Shown: positions 23,270 through 33,291 of the stretch, in pieces
Position numbering within the stretch: the first letter of the stretch is position 1
Layout of the letters: the number at the start of each line of letters is the position of its first letter
Assembly (NCBI GenBank): GCA_963696385.1
Contig: CAVOKF010000002.1
Location: forward strand, 64,001 to 128,000
Reading direction: 5' to 3'
DNA length: 64,000 bases
Source of the DNA: an uncultured delta proteobacterium
Lineage (GTDB): Bacteria > Myxococcota_A > Polyangia > Polyangiales > Polyangiaceae
Position numbers and translations under genes: made by a program
Notes under the pieces: model-generated
The model's input: the letters and a program-made list of their open reading frames with translations, nothing else
Database searches by the model: none
Told to the model about the DNA's origin: nothing

Positions 23270-23377
23270 GGCGTGGGGCGGCGGGGACATGACCATCCAG
23301 ACACACCGCTTGCCCTTGAGTTCCGGCGCGGCGGCTCGTCGTCGGCACGCTGCGAGGAAAGGCCAAAACGCCGAAGC

Positions 23378-24602
23378 CGTCCTGTCCGGAAACCCATCGT
23401 CGGCGATTGTCGCATAAGTTCGGGGCAAATCGCAGGCTTGAAGGTGCGGCAGGACACGGGCAGTGTGGGCGCGGTCCGATGCTCCCGGCGACGCTCCAAT
23501 TCATCATCGCGATGGTCGCGCACGCGATCAATGAGCGGATGGCGCGGAGGGTCGACTACTTGCACGAGGAGGTTCGGGTCCTCAAGGAGGCTCTCGCGGC
23601 AGCGACCGGCACGATCCGGATCGACTTCACCGCCGACCAGCGGCGCCGCCTGGCGCTCAAAGGCAAGCTGCTGACTGCCAAGGAACGCAGGGCCTGCTGC
23701 CAGATCGTGCGCCCCGAGACGATCCTCGCCTGGTTTCGCCAACTGGCCTCGGATAAATACGACAGCTCGGAGACTCGCAAGGTCGGCCGGCCCCGCAAAG
23801 CGAGCGACAGTCGCCGACTCGTCGTCGAGATGGCGCGCGACAACCCGGGATGGGGGTACACGAAAATCCGCGATGCGATGCGAGGGCTGAAGATCGAGAT
23901 CGGCCGCACCACCGTCGCCAGCATCCTGGCGGACGCCGGCGTAGAGCCGGCGCCGGATCGCAATCGCAAACGGACCTGGGCGCACTTCCTCAAAAGCCAC
24001 TGGGAGACGCTGTACGCGTGCGACTTCTTCAGCGTCGAAGTCTTGGGCATGTTCGGGACCGTCCGCACCATGGTGTTCTTCGTCATGTGCATCAAGACCC
24101 GCGCCGTGCGGATCGCCGGGGTCCGCATCGCCCCGGACGGCGATTGGATGAAGCAGATTGCCCGCAATCTTCTGGATCCGGTAGACGGATTTCTGCGAAA
24201 CGCGAGCCATCTGATCCACGATCGGGACCCCGTGTTCACCGAGGCATGGACGGCGCTGCTCGAGACTGGCCGCGTGACCTGCGTGCCCATTCCGGCGCGA
24301 AGTCCAAATTGCAACCCCCACGCCGAGCGTTTCGTGAAGAGCATCCGCAGCGAGTGCTTGGACCGCTTCGTCATCTTCGGCGAGCGCCACCTGCGGCATC
24401 TGATCCGCGAGTTCGCCGCCCATTACCACACCGAGCGCTACCACCAAGGACTTGGCAGCCAAATCATCAGGCCGACGCCGTCGCCGAGCAACGACAACGC
24501 GTCGCTTGGCGCGATCGGGTGTCGATCGCGTCTCGGCGGACTCCTCAATTTCTACCGTCGCGAGGCTGCGTGAAGAGCGGCGACGGCTTTTCGGACATCA
24601 CG
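23378..24602 (+). mobile_element. rve/integrase-core IS with apparently intact transposase (23479..24573)
   Basis: 365-aa ORF (ACDFF, IHDRD, AERFV). Imperfect IRs TGTCCGGAAACCCATCGTCG / TGTCCGAAAAGCCGTCGCCG. Confidence 0.85.
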
Positions 24603-24608
24603 GGCTCA

Positions 24609-24725
24609 TGGCGGCGGTAGCCAAATACTCGTTCGGCAGTCACGCAGCTCTCGAGTGCCGGTGGTGGAGTCACCCGCGGCGCGGAAGGGCGGCGACCTTG
24701 CCGCCGCTGGGCAGCTGGACGGCGC
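24609..24725 (-). mobile_element. rve element 3'-end fragment
   Basis: GCCAAATACTCGTTCGGCAGTCACGCAGC also occurs at 34947. Confidence 0.65.
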
Positions 24726-24820
24726 GCGATAGCGGCGCATCGCGACCGAACGGGGATCATCGTGGGTCGCAAACCTTCGATGTAAGGCTTTCTTATCCTC
24801 TCCTTCCTTCCTGCCGCTTT

Positions 24821-25969
24821 TCACGGCGGACTCCTGGCGCAACGAAAGCCGATGTCGTTGGCGCGGAACGTCGGGAAGTCGCCGCCGCGGACCGGGGCAA
24901 ACAAGGCCGCCGCGGTTTCGCTGAAGTCGCCGCCCCAATCCGCCCGGCCGTAACCTGTAGCTGTCGTGAGATAGGCGCAATTTATGCACGGGACGTAGGT
25001 GGCAGACGAATCCAGGTTCCACTCCCAGAGTTCCCCCGCCATATCCAGCTGACCCCAGTAACCCGCTCCCAGCATCGCCGTCCCTACCGGCGCGATATAC
25101 GTCGGGTTGGCCGTGTAGTAATCGCCGTAAATCGCATACTGGTTCGCCGTCCCCGGATCCGTCGACCCCCACGGATACTCGAGCTGCTGACTCCCACCCG
25201 CCGCCACGTACTCCCACTCCGCTTCGCTCGGCAAAAAGCCCCCATCCCAAATACAAAACGCGTACGCCTCGTACCAGTCCACGCAGTTGAGCGGCAGATT
25301 CTCTTGGCTGCCCGCCGTGGTCGTCCACGTCTCCGAGGGTGCCTCGCAGCTTAGGTTCGTGTTCCACGTGCTCGCCGCGCCAGCCCCCGTAGCGATGTAC
25401 ATGTTCCAGTCCGTCGCGTCCCAGCCCGTCTCGTCCGGCCCCGCGACCGCGCTATTGGCTAGGCCCCGGCCCCCATTCAAGTACGCGTGGATACCGCTGC
25501 CGTTGGCAGGTGGGGCGCCGGTGTTGCTCGTCACATAGTTCACGTACTGCCGGAACCGTCCGACCGTCACGAGGTACTTATCCAGGCGAAATCCGCTCAC
25601 CGTTGCCGGGTCGGCCTCGCCGGTCGGACCGCCGTCCGTTGCGGTCGCGAACCCGCCATCGAAGTAGTTGATGTCACCATACGTTCGATAGTACGTCCCA
25701 CCCGGGACCTCCAGGCTGGTGCAGCAGCTCTCGCTCCCGCTTCCCCCGGGGCCGCAGTTCGTCATTCCCGGCCCGCCGGGCTGGCAGCTAGGTGGGATAC
25801 TTACTGGGCCGGAAGAGCTGCTCGTGGAGACGCTCACGCTGCTCGAACCGGCCGCAGCGGACATGCCGGCAAGCAGCTCGGTCCTTGCGCCGCATCCATT
25901 CGGGACGGCAACGACCAAGATCGCCGCCGTCATCGCGCGCATCAGCGTTTGGAATCCAACGGCGCTCAT
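24821..25969 (-). CDS. FGE-sulfatase domain secreted protein (paralog of 7007..8665)
   Basis: Shares GGPGMTNCGPGGSG.ESCCTSLEVPGGTYYR, FRLDKYLVT and GFRCAR. Confidence 0.85.
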   Translation of the reverse strand: MSAVGFQTLMRAMTAAILVVAVPNGCGARTELLAGMSAAAGSSSVSVSTSSSSGPVSIPPSCQPGGPGMTNCGPGGSGSESCCTSLEVPGGTYYRTYGDINYFDGGFATATDGGPTGEADPATVSGFRLDKYLVTVGRFRQYVNYVTSNTGAPPANGSGIHAYLNGGRGLANSAVAGPDETGWDATDWNMYIATGAGAASTWNTNLSCEAPSETWTTTAGSQENLPLNCVDWYEAYAFCIWDGGFLPSEAEWEYVAAGGSQQLEYPWGSTDPGTANQYAIYGDYYTANPTYIAPVGTAMLGAGYWGQLDMAGELWEWNLDSSATYVPCINCAYLTTATGYGRADWGGDFSETAAALFAPVRGGDFPTFRANDIGFRCARSPP

Positions 25970-26587
25970 TCCGCTCCAGAGCAATATCCGGTGAGTCGAC
26001 CGCAAGCGCAAGGACCGCCGCGCGAAGCTCGACGACAGGGGCATTTGAATTTGGGGGACATTGCGGCCGCACTCTCGCTCGGAGTGGTGATGCTGCGTCC
26101 TTGACGGCGACGATCGGCGTGTCGGCTTGCACGCTGTGGAAGCGCTCATCTTTGGACGGTCGAGGATGGACCTCCTTCCCAAGTGATATCGATTCGTAAT
26201 GGCAACAATCCATTCGATGGATTGGAGCCGTTCGACGGGACGACGGTCCGCCGTAGGGGCCGTGAGCCATCTCGACCGCCCCTTGGTCGTCCACCCGTCG
26301 CCGCCTCGGCACGCCTGACCATCACACCAATGATTATGAGCACTTAGTTCGGGCATTCCTTTGGCAGTTGCGCTGGCCCGAGAATTGCCGTATGCGTTGT
26401 TCGTGCACCTTCCTCTGCGCGTGTAGCGCCCTTTGGTCGAAGCCGCTTACGGAGCGCTGAGCCTATACGGCTAACGCGCTTTCGGTTGAGCCTTCGAGAG
26501 TACGCGCCGCACTCGGCACATCGGTGTCGTACGCCCGAAGACTCGCTTTCTTCATGGGTCTCACAATCCGCGATCGGGGTGGGCGTG

Positions 26588-26839
26588 ATGGACAGCCACA
26601 GTGATATTCTAGCGATGCCCGCCGAAGCGGCGTGGGTTGCGCTCGAGGGCGACGTGCTGACAGTGGAGGAGCTTGCCGCGCAGCTGCGGGTTAAGCCCAA
26701 GACCGTCTACGCGGCCATTCGACGCAAGCAAATCCCCGGCATCCTGCGCGTGGGAAGACTCATCCGCATCTCGCGATCGAGCGTGCTAGCGTGGCTTGCC
26801 GGCCAAGATCGTGAAGCTCGCTCACGGAGCCAACGATGA
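26588..26839 (+). CDS. Excisionase-like HTH protein
   Basis: VLTVEELAAQLRVKPKTVYAAI...RVGRLIRI; overlaps the integrase start. Confidence 0.8.
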   Translation: MDSHSDILAMPAEAAWVALEGDVLTVEELAAQLRVKPKTVYAAIRRKQIPGILRVGRLIRISRSSVLAWLAGQDREARSRSQR

Positions 26840-27970
26840 GCGTGCGCAGCGAACGGCGCCGAGACAAGGTCTCGGGCAAAGTACGGGAATATTGGATGGT
26901 CCATGTCGTAATCCAACTGCCGGATGGACGGCTTGTGCAAGCGCGCAAGGCACTTTCGAAGACGAAGGTGAACAAGCGCGAGGCCGAGGCGTACGAACGG
27001 CGACTGCGGGTGGAGATGCTCAATCCGTCCGCGGTGAAGCCAAAGGAGGTCCCCACACTCAAACAGTTCTGGCCGACGTTCCTCGCATGGGCGAAGGGCG
27101 AGCGGCACAAGGCGAGCGGAATCCACTCGAAGGAGTCGATCTACCGGGTGCACCTGGCGCCCGCGTTCGACTCCAAGCGGCTCGATCAGATCGATGACGC
27201 AGCCATCACGCGCATCAAGTGCAAGCTCGCTACCGCGGGCCGCAGCCGCAAGACCGCGAACAACATTCTGGGCGTGCTGTCGAAAGCCCTGCGGCTCGCG
27301 TTCAAGTGGAAGGTGCTCTCGCAGATGCCCTGCGAATTCAACCTGAAACCAGTCAAGAACATCCGCATCGACTTCTACGAGTTCGCCGACTACGACCGGC
27401 TCGTCGACGCCGCCGGCAAGGTCGGAAGCCGCTACGCGGCGCTCGTGCTTCTCGGCGGCGACGCAGGGCTACGACGCAGCGAGATCATCGGGCTTCGATG
27501 GTGCGACGTGGACTTTGCAAGAGGTCAGCTGCGCATCGTGCAAGCGCAGTGGAAGGATACGGTCGACACCCCCAAGAGCGACAAGCCGCGCATCGTTCCG
27601 ATGACCGATGCGCTGACCGATGCGCTCAAGAGGCACCGGCATCTTCGCAGCGAGCGGGTTCTATGCTTGGACGACGGCAAGCCGGCGCCCGGGCATGTGC
27701 TTCGCGACTGGCTGGAAGCGGTGCAGCGCCGGGGGCGGGCTCGAGGTACGGGGGAGCCTTCATAAGCTCCGCCATACGTTCTGCTCGCACCTGGCGATGC
27801 GAGGCGCATCGGCCAAGGCCATTCAGGAGCCGGCCGGGCACGCCGATCTGGCGACCACGATGCGGTACATGCACCTGTCGCCGGCGGCGCGCGACAGCGC
27901 CATCGCCCTGCTCAACGTGCGAAACCACAGCAACATAGCAGCAACGATCGGTAGCGAAATCTATAACTAG
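26836..27970 (+). pseudogene. Tyrosine integrase, frameshifted near 27740
   Basis: GLRRSEI in one frame; HKLRHTF..GH..TTMRY in another. Confidence 0.85.
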
Positions 27971-27992
27971 CTGAATTGCTTATGGAAAGAGA

Positions 27993-28013
27993 GTGGAGCT
28001 GACGGGAATCGAA
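27993..28013 (-). other. att-like fragment: 3' end of tRNA-Ala or tmRNA
   Basis: Minus strand TTCGATTCCCGTCAGCTCCAC (T-loop plus acceptor strand) just downstream of the integrase. Confidence 0.55.
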
Positions 28014-28317
28014 AAGGTGGGCCAAAGCGCGATGAACCCCAACAAACATACGATAGTCGCAATTGGCTCCGATCTGTCAAGGTCCGAAAATACGCCAGTT
28101 CGTGACCCTTCGAGCGCATTGGCGTCAATTGGTGAATCCGAATCCGAAATAGTGAGCGACGCGGCCCTCGAGCGAGCGATCGTTGACGCCGTCACGATGG
28201 GGGTGGGGGACGTGGCGCGCACACTCGCGACCCGACTCGAGGAGCGGCGGCGAGCGCTCGTGCCGGCGAACGTCGCGGATATGGCGACGGCGCTTGTGGA
28301 ACAAACGCCCAAATGAC

Positions 28318-28653
28318 TCATACGGCTCGCCGCTTCTTGGGCCTCGGCGCATCCAACGCCCCGACGGATCCTCGGCGCGCTGTTCGGCGGCGCGGAGACG
28401 GGCGACGGCTCTCCATCGCCAGCCGCAGGATACGGTTGATGCGCGTCTGGTAGCCCTTGCCCAGCGACTTGAGCCAAGCGAGCACGTCCGCGTCAAGACG
28501 AATGGTGAGTTGGCGTTTCGCGGGCGGCCAGGGCACGCGCACCGCATTCGCTAGAAACGCCTCATCGAGCGGCGGAATGTCCGCGTAGTCGAGGGTCTCA
28601 TCGGTGAGACGGTCAACTCTCTCCAAGTCGCTCTTGATAGACTTCTTGCTCAC
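28318..28653 (-). CDS. brnA: BrnA antitoxin
   Basis: KRQLTIRLDADVLAWLKSLGKGYQTRINRILR. Confidence 0.85.
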   Translation of the reverse strand: MSKKSIKSDLERVDRLTDETLDYADIPPLDEAFLANAVRVPWPPAKRQLTIRLDADVLAWLKSLGKGYQTRINRILRLAMESRRPSPRRRTARRGSVGALDAPRPKKRRAV

Positions 28654-28897
28654 GGCGGTTCGCCTTTCTCGTCGAGATGATGCGCGTCGCGTCGTCCCCG
28701 CGCGCGGTATGGCGAGGACGGACGACCACGCGACCGGCGAGCACGCCCAGTGTGATGAACCGCTGCTCGCCATAGTCGAAGCGGTTATCTTCGAGGGTAA
28801 CGGTCGGGCCGTCGAACACGAGCGGCGCGTCCTCAAAGCTGAGGCCGTGTTTTGCGAGGTTGTGGCGAGCTTTCGCTTCATCCCATTCGTAACGCAC
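28613..28897 (-). CDS. brnT: BrnT toxin
   Basis: YEWDEAKARHNLAKHGLSFEDA...RIISTRKANRRE. Confidence 0.85.
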   Translation of the reverse strand: MRYEWDEAKARHNLAKHGLSFEDAPLVFDGPTVTLEDNRFDYGEQRFITLGVLAGRVVVRPRHTARGDDATRIISTRKANRREQEVYQERLGES

Positions 28898-29097
28898 GTG
28901 TAGCTCTTTTTGTAGTTACATTCAAGCGAGGAAAAGCGGATTGAACCGGGCTATGGTCACGTACGGTTACGGCCAACGCTCGGCCCGGCACTGCGTTCGC
29001 ATCGTCGGAATGAAGTCGTCCAACTCGTCGTGAAACGACGCAGTCGTTCGAGTACCCGTCGATCCACGCGACCTGGCCCGTCGGAGAGCACGCGCAA

Positions 29098-29307
29098 TTA
29101 GTTATACCGCAAGGAGTTCTTCGCGAACGAAGTGCAAGCGGACCATTTGGGTGCCTGATCCTCTTCGAAGTGACAGCGCACGGCATCGCGAATTTCGTCG
29201 TGAAGCTGAGCCACGGTATCCGCCTCCGTGAAGATCGACATCCCCAGGGCGCGCGCGGTATAGCCGCCCGCGGCGGCTTCTTCGACGACGAAAATGATCT
29301 CGCTCAT
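29098..29307 (-). CDS. HicB-like small protein (C-terminal frameshift likely)
   Basis: MSEIIFVVEEA..GGYTARALG.SIFTEADT. Confidence 0.6.
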   Translation of the reverse strand: MSEIIFVVEEAAAGGYTARALGMSIFTEADTVAQLHDEIRDAVRCHFEEDQAPKWSACTSFAKNSLRYN

Positions 29308-29861
29308 GCTTAGCCTCAGTCAAGGTAGCTGACTTGCAGGCGAGCGACACGGCGCCTGCCGTCGCTCTGCCAGACGTTCTCTTGAATTCAGGGTGCCGTC
29401 CAGTGTGCAACCCTTATCGCGCTCTGACCCGTCGAGGGGACTGGCGCACGATATCGGCAAATAGTCGTGCGAGATCGCACTGTGATGCCCTCCGAGCAGA
29501 TCTCGATCTGATCGCTCGCCGCCGCCGTCAGCGGCATCGCCACGAACGCCGGCGCAGTCGCTCAGCGCAGTCGGAGGTTGCCGTAGTGATGACCCGCGGC
29601 ACATCGACCGCGCGATCGACAGCTGCTCGGCGTGGGCGCGCTACAGCGACCGACCGGGCGGCGCTTCCGCGAGTCGCCGGACTGCACCACCGCGTATTCG
29701 AGGGCCGCGTTCACAAGCGACAATGGCCCTAGTACCTCGATTCCGCGGAATGGAAGGGTCGTTTTCCGCGATATTCCCGACGGGATCGGGTGGTCTCACC
29801 CCTCCGTTTCATGGAATCGGGGTACTAGTGCGCGCGCGGAGCTACAGTCGGTTGGATCCCC

Positions 29862-30131
29862 TTGAGCGCGCATACCGTGACCGTTAGCGTTGAACTCCCC
29901 GTGACCGGCGGCGCCACCGCGCCCGACTCCCGGCTCATCGGTGACGAGCTCCGCGTCCTCTGGATCATCGAACAGGTTCGGACGAAGCGCATCGGCGTCG
30001 GCAAGGGCGCGGAGCTTGCCGGCATGCCGCGCGCGGCGTTCATGCAGGCGCTGGGCACGCACGGCGTGCCCGTGATCGACTACCCGCCCGCTGACCTGCA
30101 GGGCGAGCTTGATATGCGGGAAATGGGTTGA
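29862..30131 (+). CDS. UPF0175-family antitoxin-like protein
   Basis: IGVGKGAELAGMPRAAFMQALG.HGVPVIDY. Confidence 0.75.
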   Translation: MSAHTVTVSVELPVTGGATAPDSRLIGDELRVLWIIEQVRTKRIGVGKGAELAGMPRAAFMQALGTHGVPVIDYPPADLQGELDMREMG

Positions 30132-30625
30132 TCGTCGTCCCCGACGCGGGGCCGCTCATCTACCTGGGCGGAGCCGGACACCTCGATCTCCTCCGCCGCC
30201 TCTACACCGAAGTCGTTGTGCCTCGCATCGTGCTCGATGAGGTTGTCGTTGCGGGCGCGGGCATGACAGGAGCCGACGCCGTGGCGGCCGCGCACTGGCT
30301 GAGAATCGAGGACGTCGCTCCCGACCCCGATCTGCTGGACGTGCTCGACCGCGGAGAGGCAGCCGCGCTTCCGCTTGCCGCGCGCCTTATGGCCACGCTT
30401 CTCGTCGACGATAGCGCCGCGCGAGCCATCGCCGGCGCGAGAGGCATTCGGGTCGTCGGGACGATCGGCCTGTTGCTGCAAGCGAAGCGGAGGGAGTACC
30501 TCACCGCGGTGGGCCCCGTAATCGCTCAAATGGAGCAGCTTGGAAATGTACCTGTCCGCGCTACTTCGCGAGGAAGTCGTCCGGCTCGCTGGCGAGGACG
30601 GCTAAACAAGTTCCGGGCTGAGTGA
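30128..30625 (+). CDS. DUF3368 PIN-like protein (3' frameshift likely)
   Basis: VVPDAGPLIYL, LDRGEAAAL, LLVDD, VVGTIGLLL. Confidence 0.75.
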   Translation: MIVVPDAGPLIYLGGAGHLDLLRRLYTEVVVPRIVLDEVVVAGAGMTGADAVAAAHWLRIEDVAPDPDLLDVLDRGEAAALPLAARLMATLLVDDSAARAIAGARGIRVVGTIGLLLQAKRREYLTAVGPVIAQMEQLGNVPVRATSRGSRPARWRGRLNKFRAE

Positions 30626-30696
30626 TTCGGCGTCAACCGGTATAGGACCACGTGACGTAGCGAGGTACGTCACGACCTCGATGAGGGGCACGACGC

Positions 30697-30790
30697 TCAG
30701 ACTTCTTGCTCACGGCGGTTCGCCTTTCTCATCGAGATGATGCGCATCCGTGGTCCTCGTGCGCGGTATCGGCGACGACGACAACGCAGC
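30697..30790 (-). pseudogene. Second BrnT 3' fragment
   Basis: RIISMRKANRREQEV; DNA matches 28640..28690. Confidence 0.6.
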
Positions 30791-30962
30791 GGGGGGAGGT
30801 GAAGCGCCGATTTTTCGGCTGGGCCCAGACGTGACGAGAAGGGCCAGCAGTGCAGTCTCAAAGGCCGCCGGAGCGGACGCGCGCTTGCTTCAGCCATTCC
30901 GTCGAGCCGCCGCGATGCTAGGCGAGCGACCGTTCCAGCTTGCGCCCCAGCGCGGTGTCGCT

Positions 30963-31889
30963 CTACCTCCGATTGCGACGATCCGCGATGCCCGAAGGAT
31001 TGCCCGGCTCGACGGCGAATAAGTCCTCGGTGCTCACGGCGGTGACGGCCTTGTCGAGCCAGCCTTCGAGCGTAGCGAGGTCGGGACAGGCAAGGATGCG
31101 CGCGTGTTGCTCGGCCGTAACGGCGAGTTCACGGCGCTCGAGAACGCGGAGGATCGATCGGGCTTCGCCCTCGGCGCGGCCTTCAGCCTTGCCGTCAGCC
31201 TTGCCCTGCGCGAACAATCGGCGTTGCGTCTCGCTAAAGAACTGCTGGCCTTGAGGAAGCATCTCGAAGCTCTTTCTGGCGGCTTCGCCGAGTGAGGACT
31301 CGATCAACGCGAAGCATAGCATCTTCAGCGACTCCGGCAGACCCGCGGCCCCCACCGCCGCGGCCGTCGCGACCCGAACCGCGGTGGGCACGTCGTCGTC
31401 CCGACCGTGCGCCATGACCGGTAGCACGGCCAGATGCGGCTCGCGCACGGCGACATCGACGTCTGTGATGACCGGGATGCCCTCCGGCCCGATGACGAAC
31501 GCTCTCCACGCCAAGCCCCCGCCGAGGTCGACGGTCTTGGCCGCCCAGCGGGCCGTATCTGCGTCGGGGGTGACCACGAGCACCACGAAGGGGCACCGGT
31601 GTCGCGCTCGGGCGCTGACGGCGTACATCGGCCACGTGACGGGCTTGTCCCGATCGACGTGGAGTTGCGCTTCGAGGATGATGCCGAAGACCGTTTGGCC
31701 CTCCACGAGCAAGACCACCGCATCGGCGTGGTACTCGGTGGGAACGAGAGCATTGAGCGAGGCCTCGGCAAGACGAGCCTCCGTGAACACCGGCAGCGAG
31801 ACGTGCAGCAGTTCACGCAACAGGTCCGCCGCGAGCTCGGGCCTCTCGCGCACCAGCGCGATGATCCCTTCGTGGAGCAGCGACGGCAT
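30963..31889 (-). CDS. Rpn-like / PD-(D/E)XK-type myxobacterial hypothetical protein
   Basis: EYHADAVV..IILEAQL; GKADGKAEGRAEG; LEGWLDKAVTA. Confidence 0.65.
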   Translation of the reverse strand: MPSLLHEGIIALVRERPELAADLLRELLHVSLPVFTEARLAEASLNALVPTEYHADAVVLLVEGQTVFGIILEAQLHVDRDKPVTWPMYAVSARARHRCPFVVLVVTPDADTARWAAKTVDLGGGLAWRAFVIGPEGIPVITDVDVAVREPHLAVLPVMAHGRDDDVPTAVRVATAAAVGAAGLPESLKMLCFALIESSLGEAARKSFEMLPQGQQFFSETQRRLFAQGKADGKAEGRAEGEARSILRVLERRELAVTAEQHARILACPDLATLEGWLDKAVTAVSTEDLFAVEPGNPSGIADRRNRR

Positions 31890-31990
31890 CGCCGCGACAC
31901 TACCCGAGGGGACGAGCGAGCGCACCCCCGCGCCGCAGCGGCAGCACGTCCGGCTCAGCCCCGGCCTGGCCCGTCGCGATCGCCTCCGAT

Positions 31991-32140
31991 TACTCGTCTC
32001 CATTCTGGGCTGCGAATCCGTTCTCCCTACCGGGGGATTACTCGTCCTCGTTACTCGTCTCGCTTAAGAAGCTCGGACGAGTAGACGAGTATTCGAGCGG
32101 CAGCCGTCCCGGACGAGTGAGGACGCGTGAGGACGAGTGA
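31991..32140. repeat. Iteron-like GACGAGT cluster (putative replication origin)
   Basis: TACTCGTC at 31991, 32039 and 32052; inverted GACGAGT at ~32076, 32084, 32112 and 32132, plus a variant at 32122. Confidence 0.65.
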
Positions 32141-32148
32141 CGCGGTAC

Positions 32149-33291
32149 TCACGATTCTTCCGGGGGAGCCATGTGGGATAAGAAAAGGCGCACGCCCCGG
32201 CCGCGGCCCCTCGTTTTGCGAGACACGACCGCGCCGGCATCGAGCAGGTCATGGATGGCCACTCGGACGACGGAAACGCGCCGGTTCATTTTGGCAGCGA
32301 TGTTGTCGGCCCCCGGAGCGCCCGGGTGGGCCTCGATGTGGCGGCGCACGTTTTCGGCCAGCTCCGCGAACTCGACCGAGGCTCGTGCGTCGGACTTCGC
32401 GCCCCACTCGGCCCGGTCCACGTGGACGACGCGGAGCCCCCAGCGTGGGTCGCCCTCGTCGGCCATGTCGTCGAACCGAAGGGCGAACGGAGCGACCGTG
32501 TGTCCGTGGACGCGCTCCTTCTTGTGTTCCACATGCGTCATCGACTTGCCTTCCTCGCCCGCGAAGACGAAGTGCGATTGCGCGGTCTCCGTTTTGGCCG
32601 TCGTGCCGTGCACGTCGTGCATCGACGAACGCATCGAGCTGCCGTCGCGCGGTGGCTTGACGTTGTGATCGATCGTCACGATGACGCATCGAGTCCGGGT
32701 ACTGACCTGCTCAAGCCGGTCCGCGACGAGCTGCACGGGCCCTCGCTTCCACTCGTCGGTGTTCGGGGTCGCCCCCCGCCATGAATCGATGACGCAAAGC
32801 GAGATCCCGTCGAGCAGCCGCAGCAGGCGCTCGCAAGCGTCCGCATCATCCAAGTAGAAACCGGGGCGGCGCAAATACCCGATGGACTTGTCGAGATCCC
32901 GGAGATCCACGTCGCGCACGCGCGCCAGCCGCTGCAATCGCTCTTGACTGATGCGTTGCCCCTGGCCGTCGAAGTCCAGAGTCAGGACCCGCCCGCGCTT
33001 GCACTTGAATGTTGCCCAGGCGTCGCCCCCCGCGGCCACGGCAAGCGCCACGTCCGCCCAGGCGAGCGACTTGCCGGAATACGCATTGCCCGCAACGAGC
33101 GTATGGGCGCCGGCGGTGAGCAGCAGTCCCGGGCAAAGCCAGTCGACGGCCGGCAGCGGCTCGGCCAGCTCGGCACCCCAAAGCGGTTCGGAGACCCGCG
33201 CGTCGCGAACGCCCTCGCGCTCGCACCCGGTTCGCGCCTCGTCATTGCCGGGCGTCAGCAACTGCTCAAAGTCCCATCCCAGCTCGGTCAT
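32149..33291 (-). CDS. AAA_25/RepA-like helicase
   Basis: VDWLCPG, GNAYSGKS Walker A, CVIDS Walker B, IDHNVK. Confidence 0.8.
   Translation of the reverse strand: MTELGWDFEQLLTPGNDEARTGCEREGVRDARVSEPLWGAELAEPLPAVDWLCPGLLLTAGAHTLVAGNAYSGKSLAWADVALAVAAGGDAWATFKCKRGRVLTLDFDGQGQRISQERLQRLARVRDVDLRDLDKSIGYLRRPGFYLDDADACERLLRLLDGISLCVIDSWRGATPNTDEWKRGPVQLVADRLEQVSTRTRCVIVTIDHNVKPPRDGSSMRSSMHDVHGTTAKTETAQSHFVFAGEEGKSMTHVEHKKERVHGHTVAPFALRFDDMADEGDPRWGLRVVHVDRAEWGAKSDARASVEFAELAENVRRHIEAHPGAPGADNIAAKMNRRVSVVRVAIHDLLDAGAVVSRKTRGRGRGVRLFLSHMAPPEES

Noticed and set aside
7007..25969. DGR (RT plus FGE/C-type lectin targets)
   Set aside because: The RT sits within a full group II intron with domains V/VI, and I found no TR/VR pair with adenine-specific mismatches.
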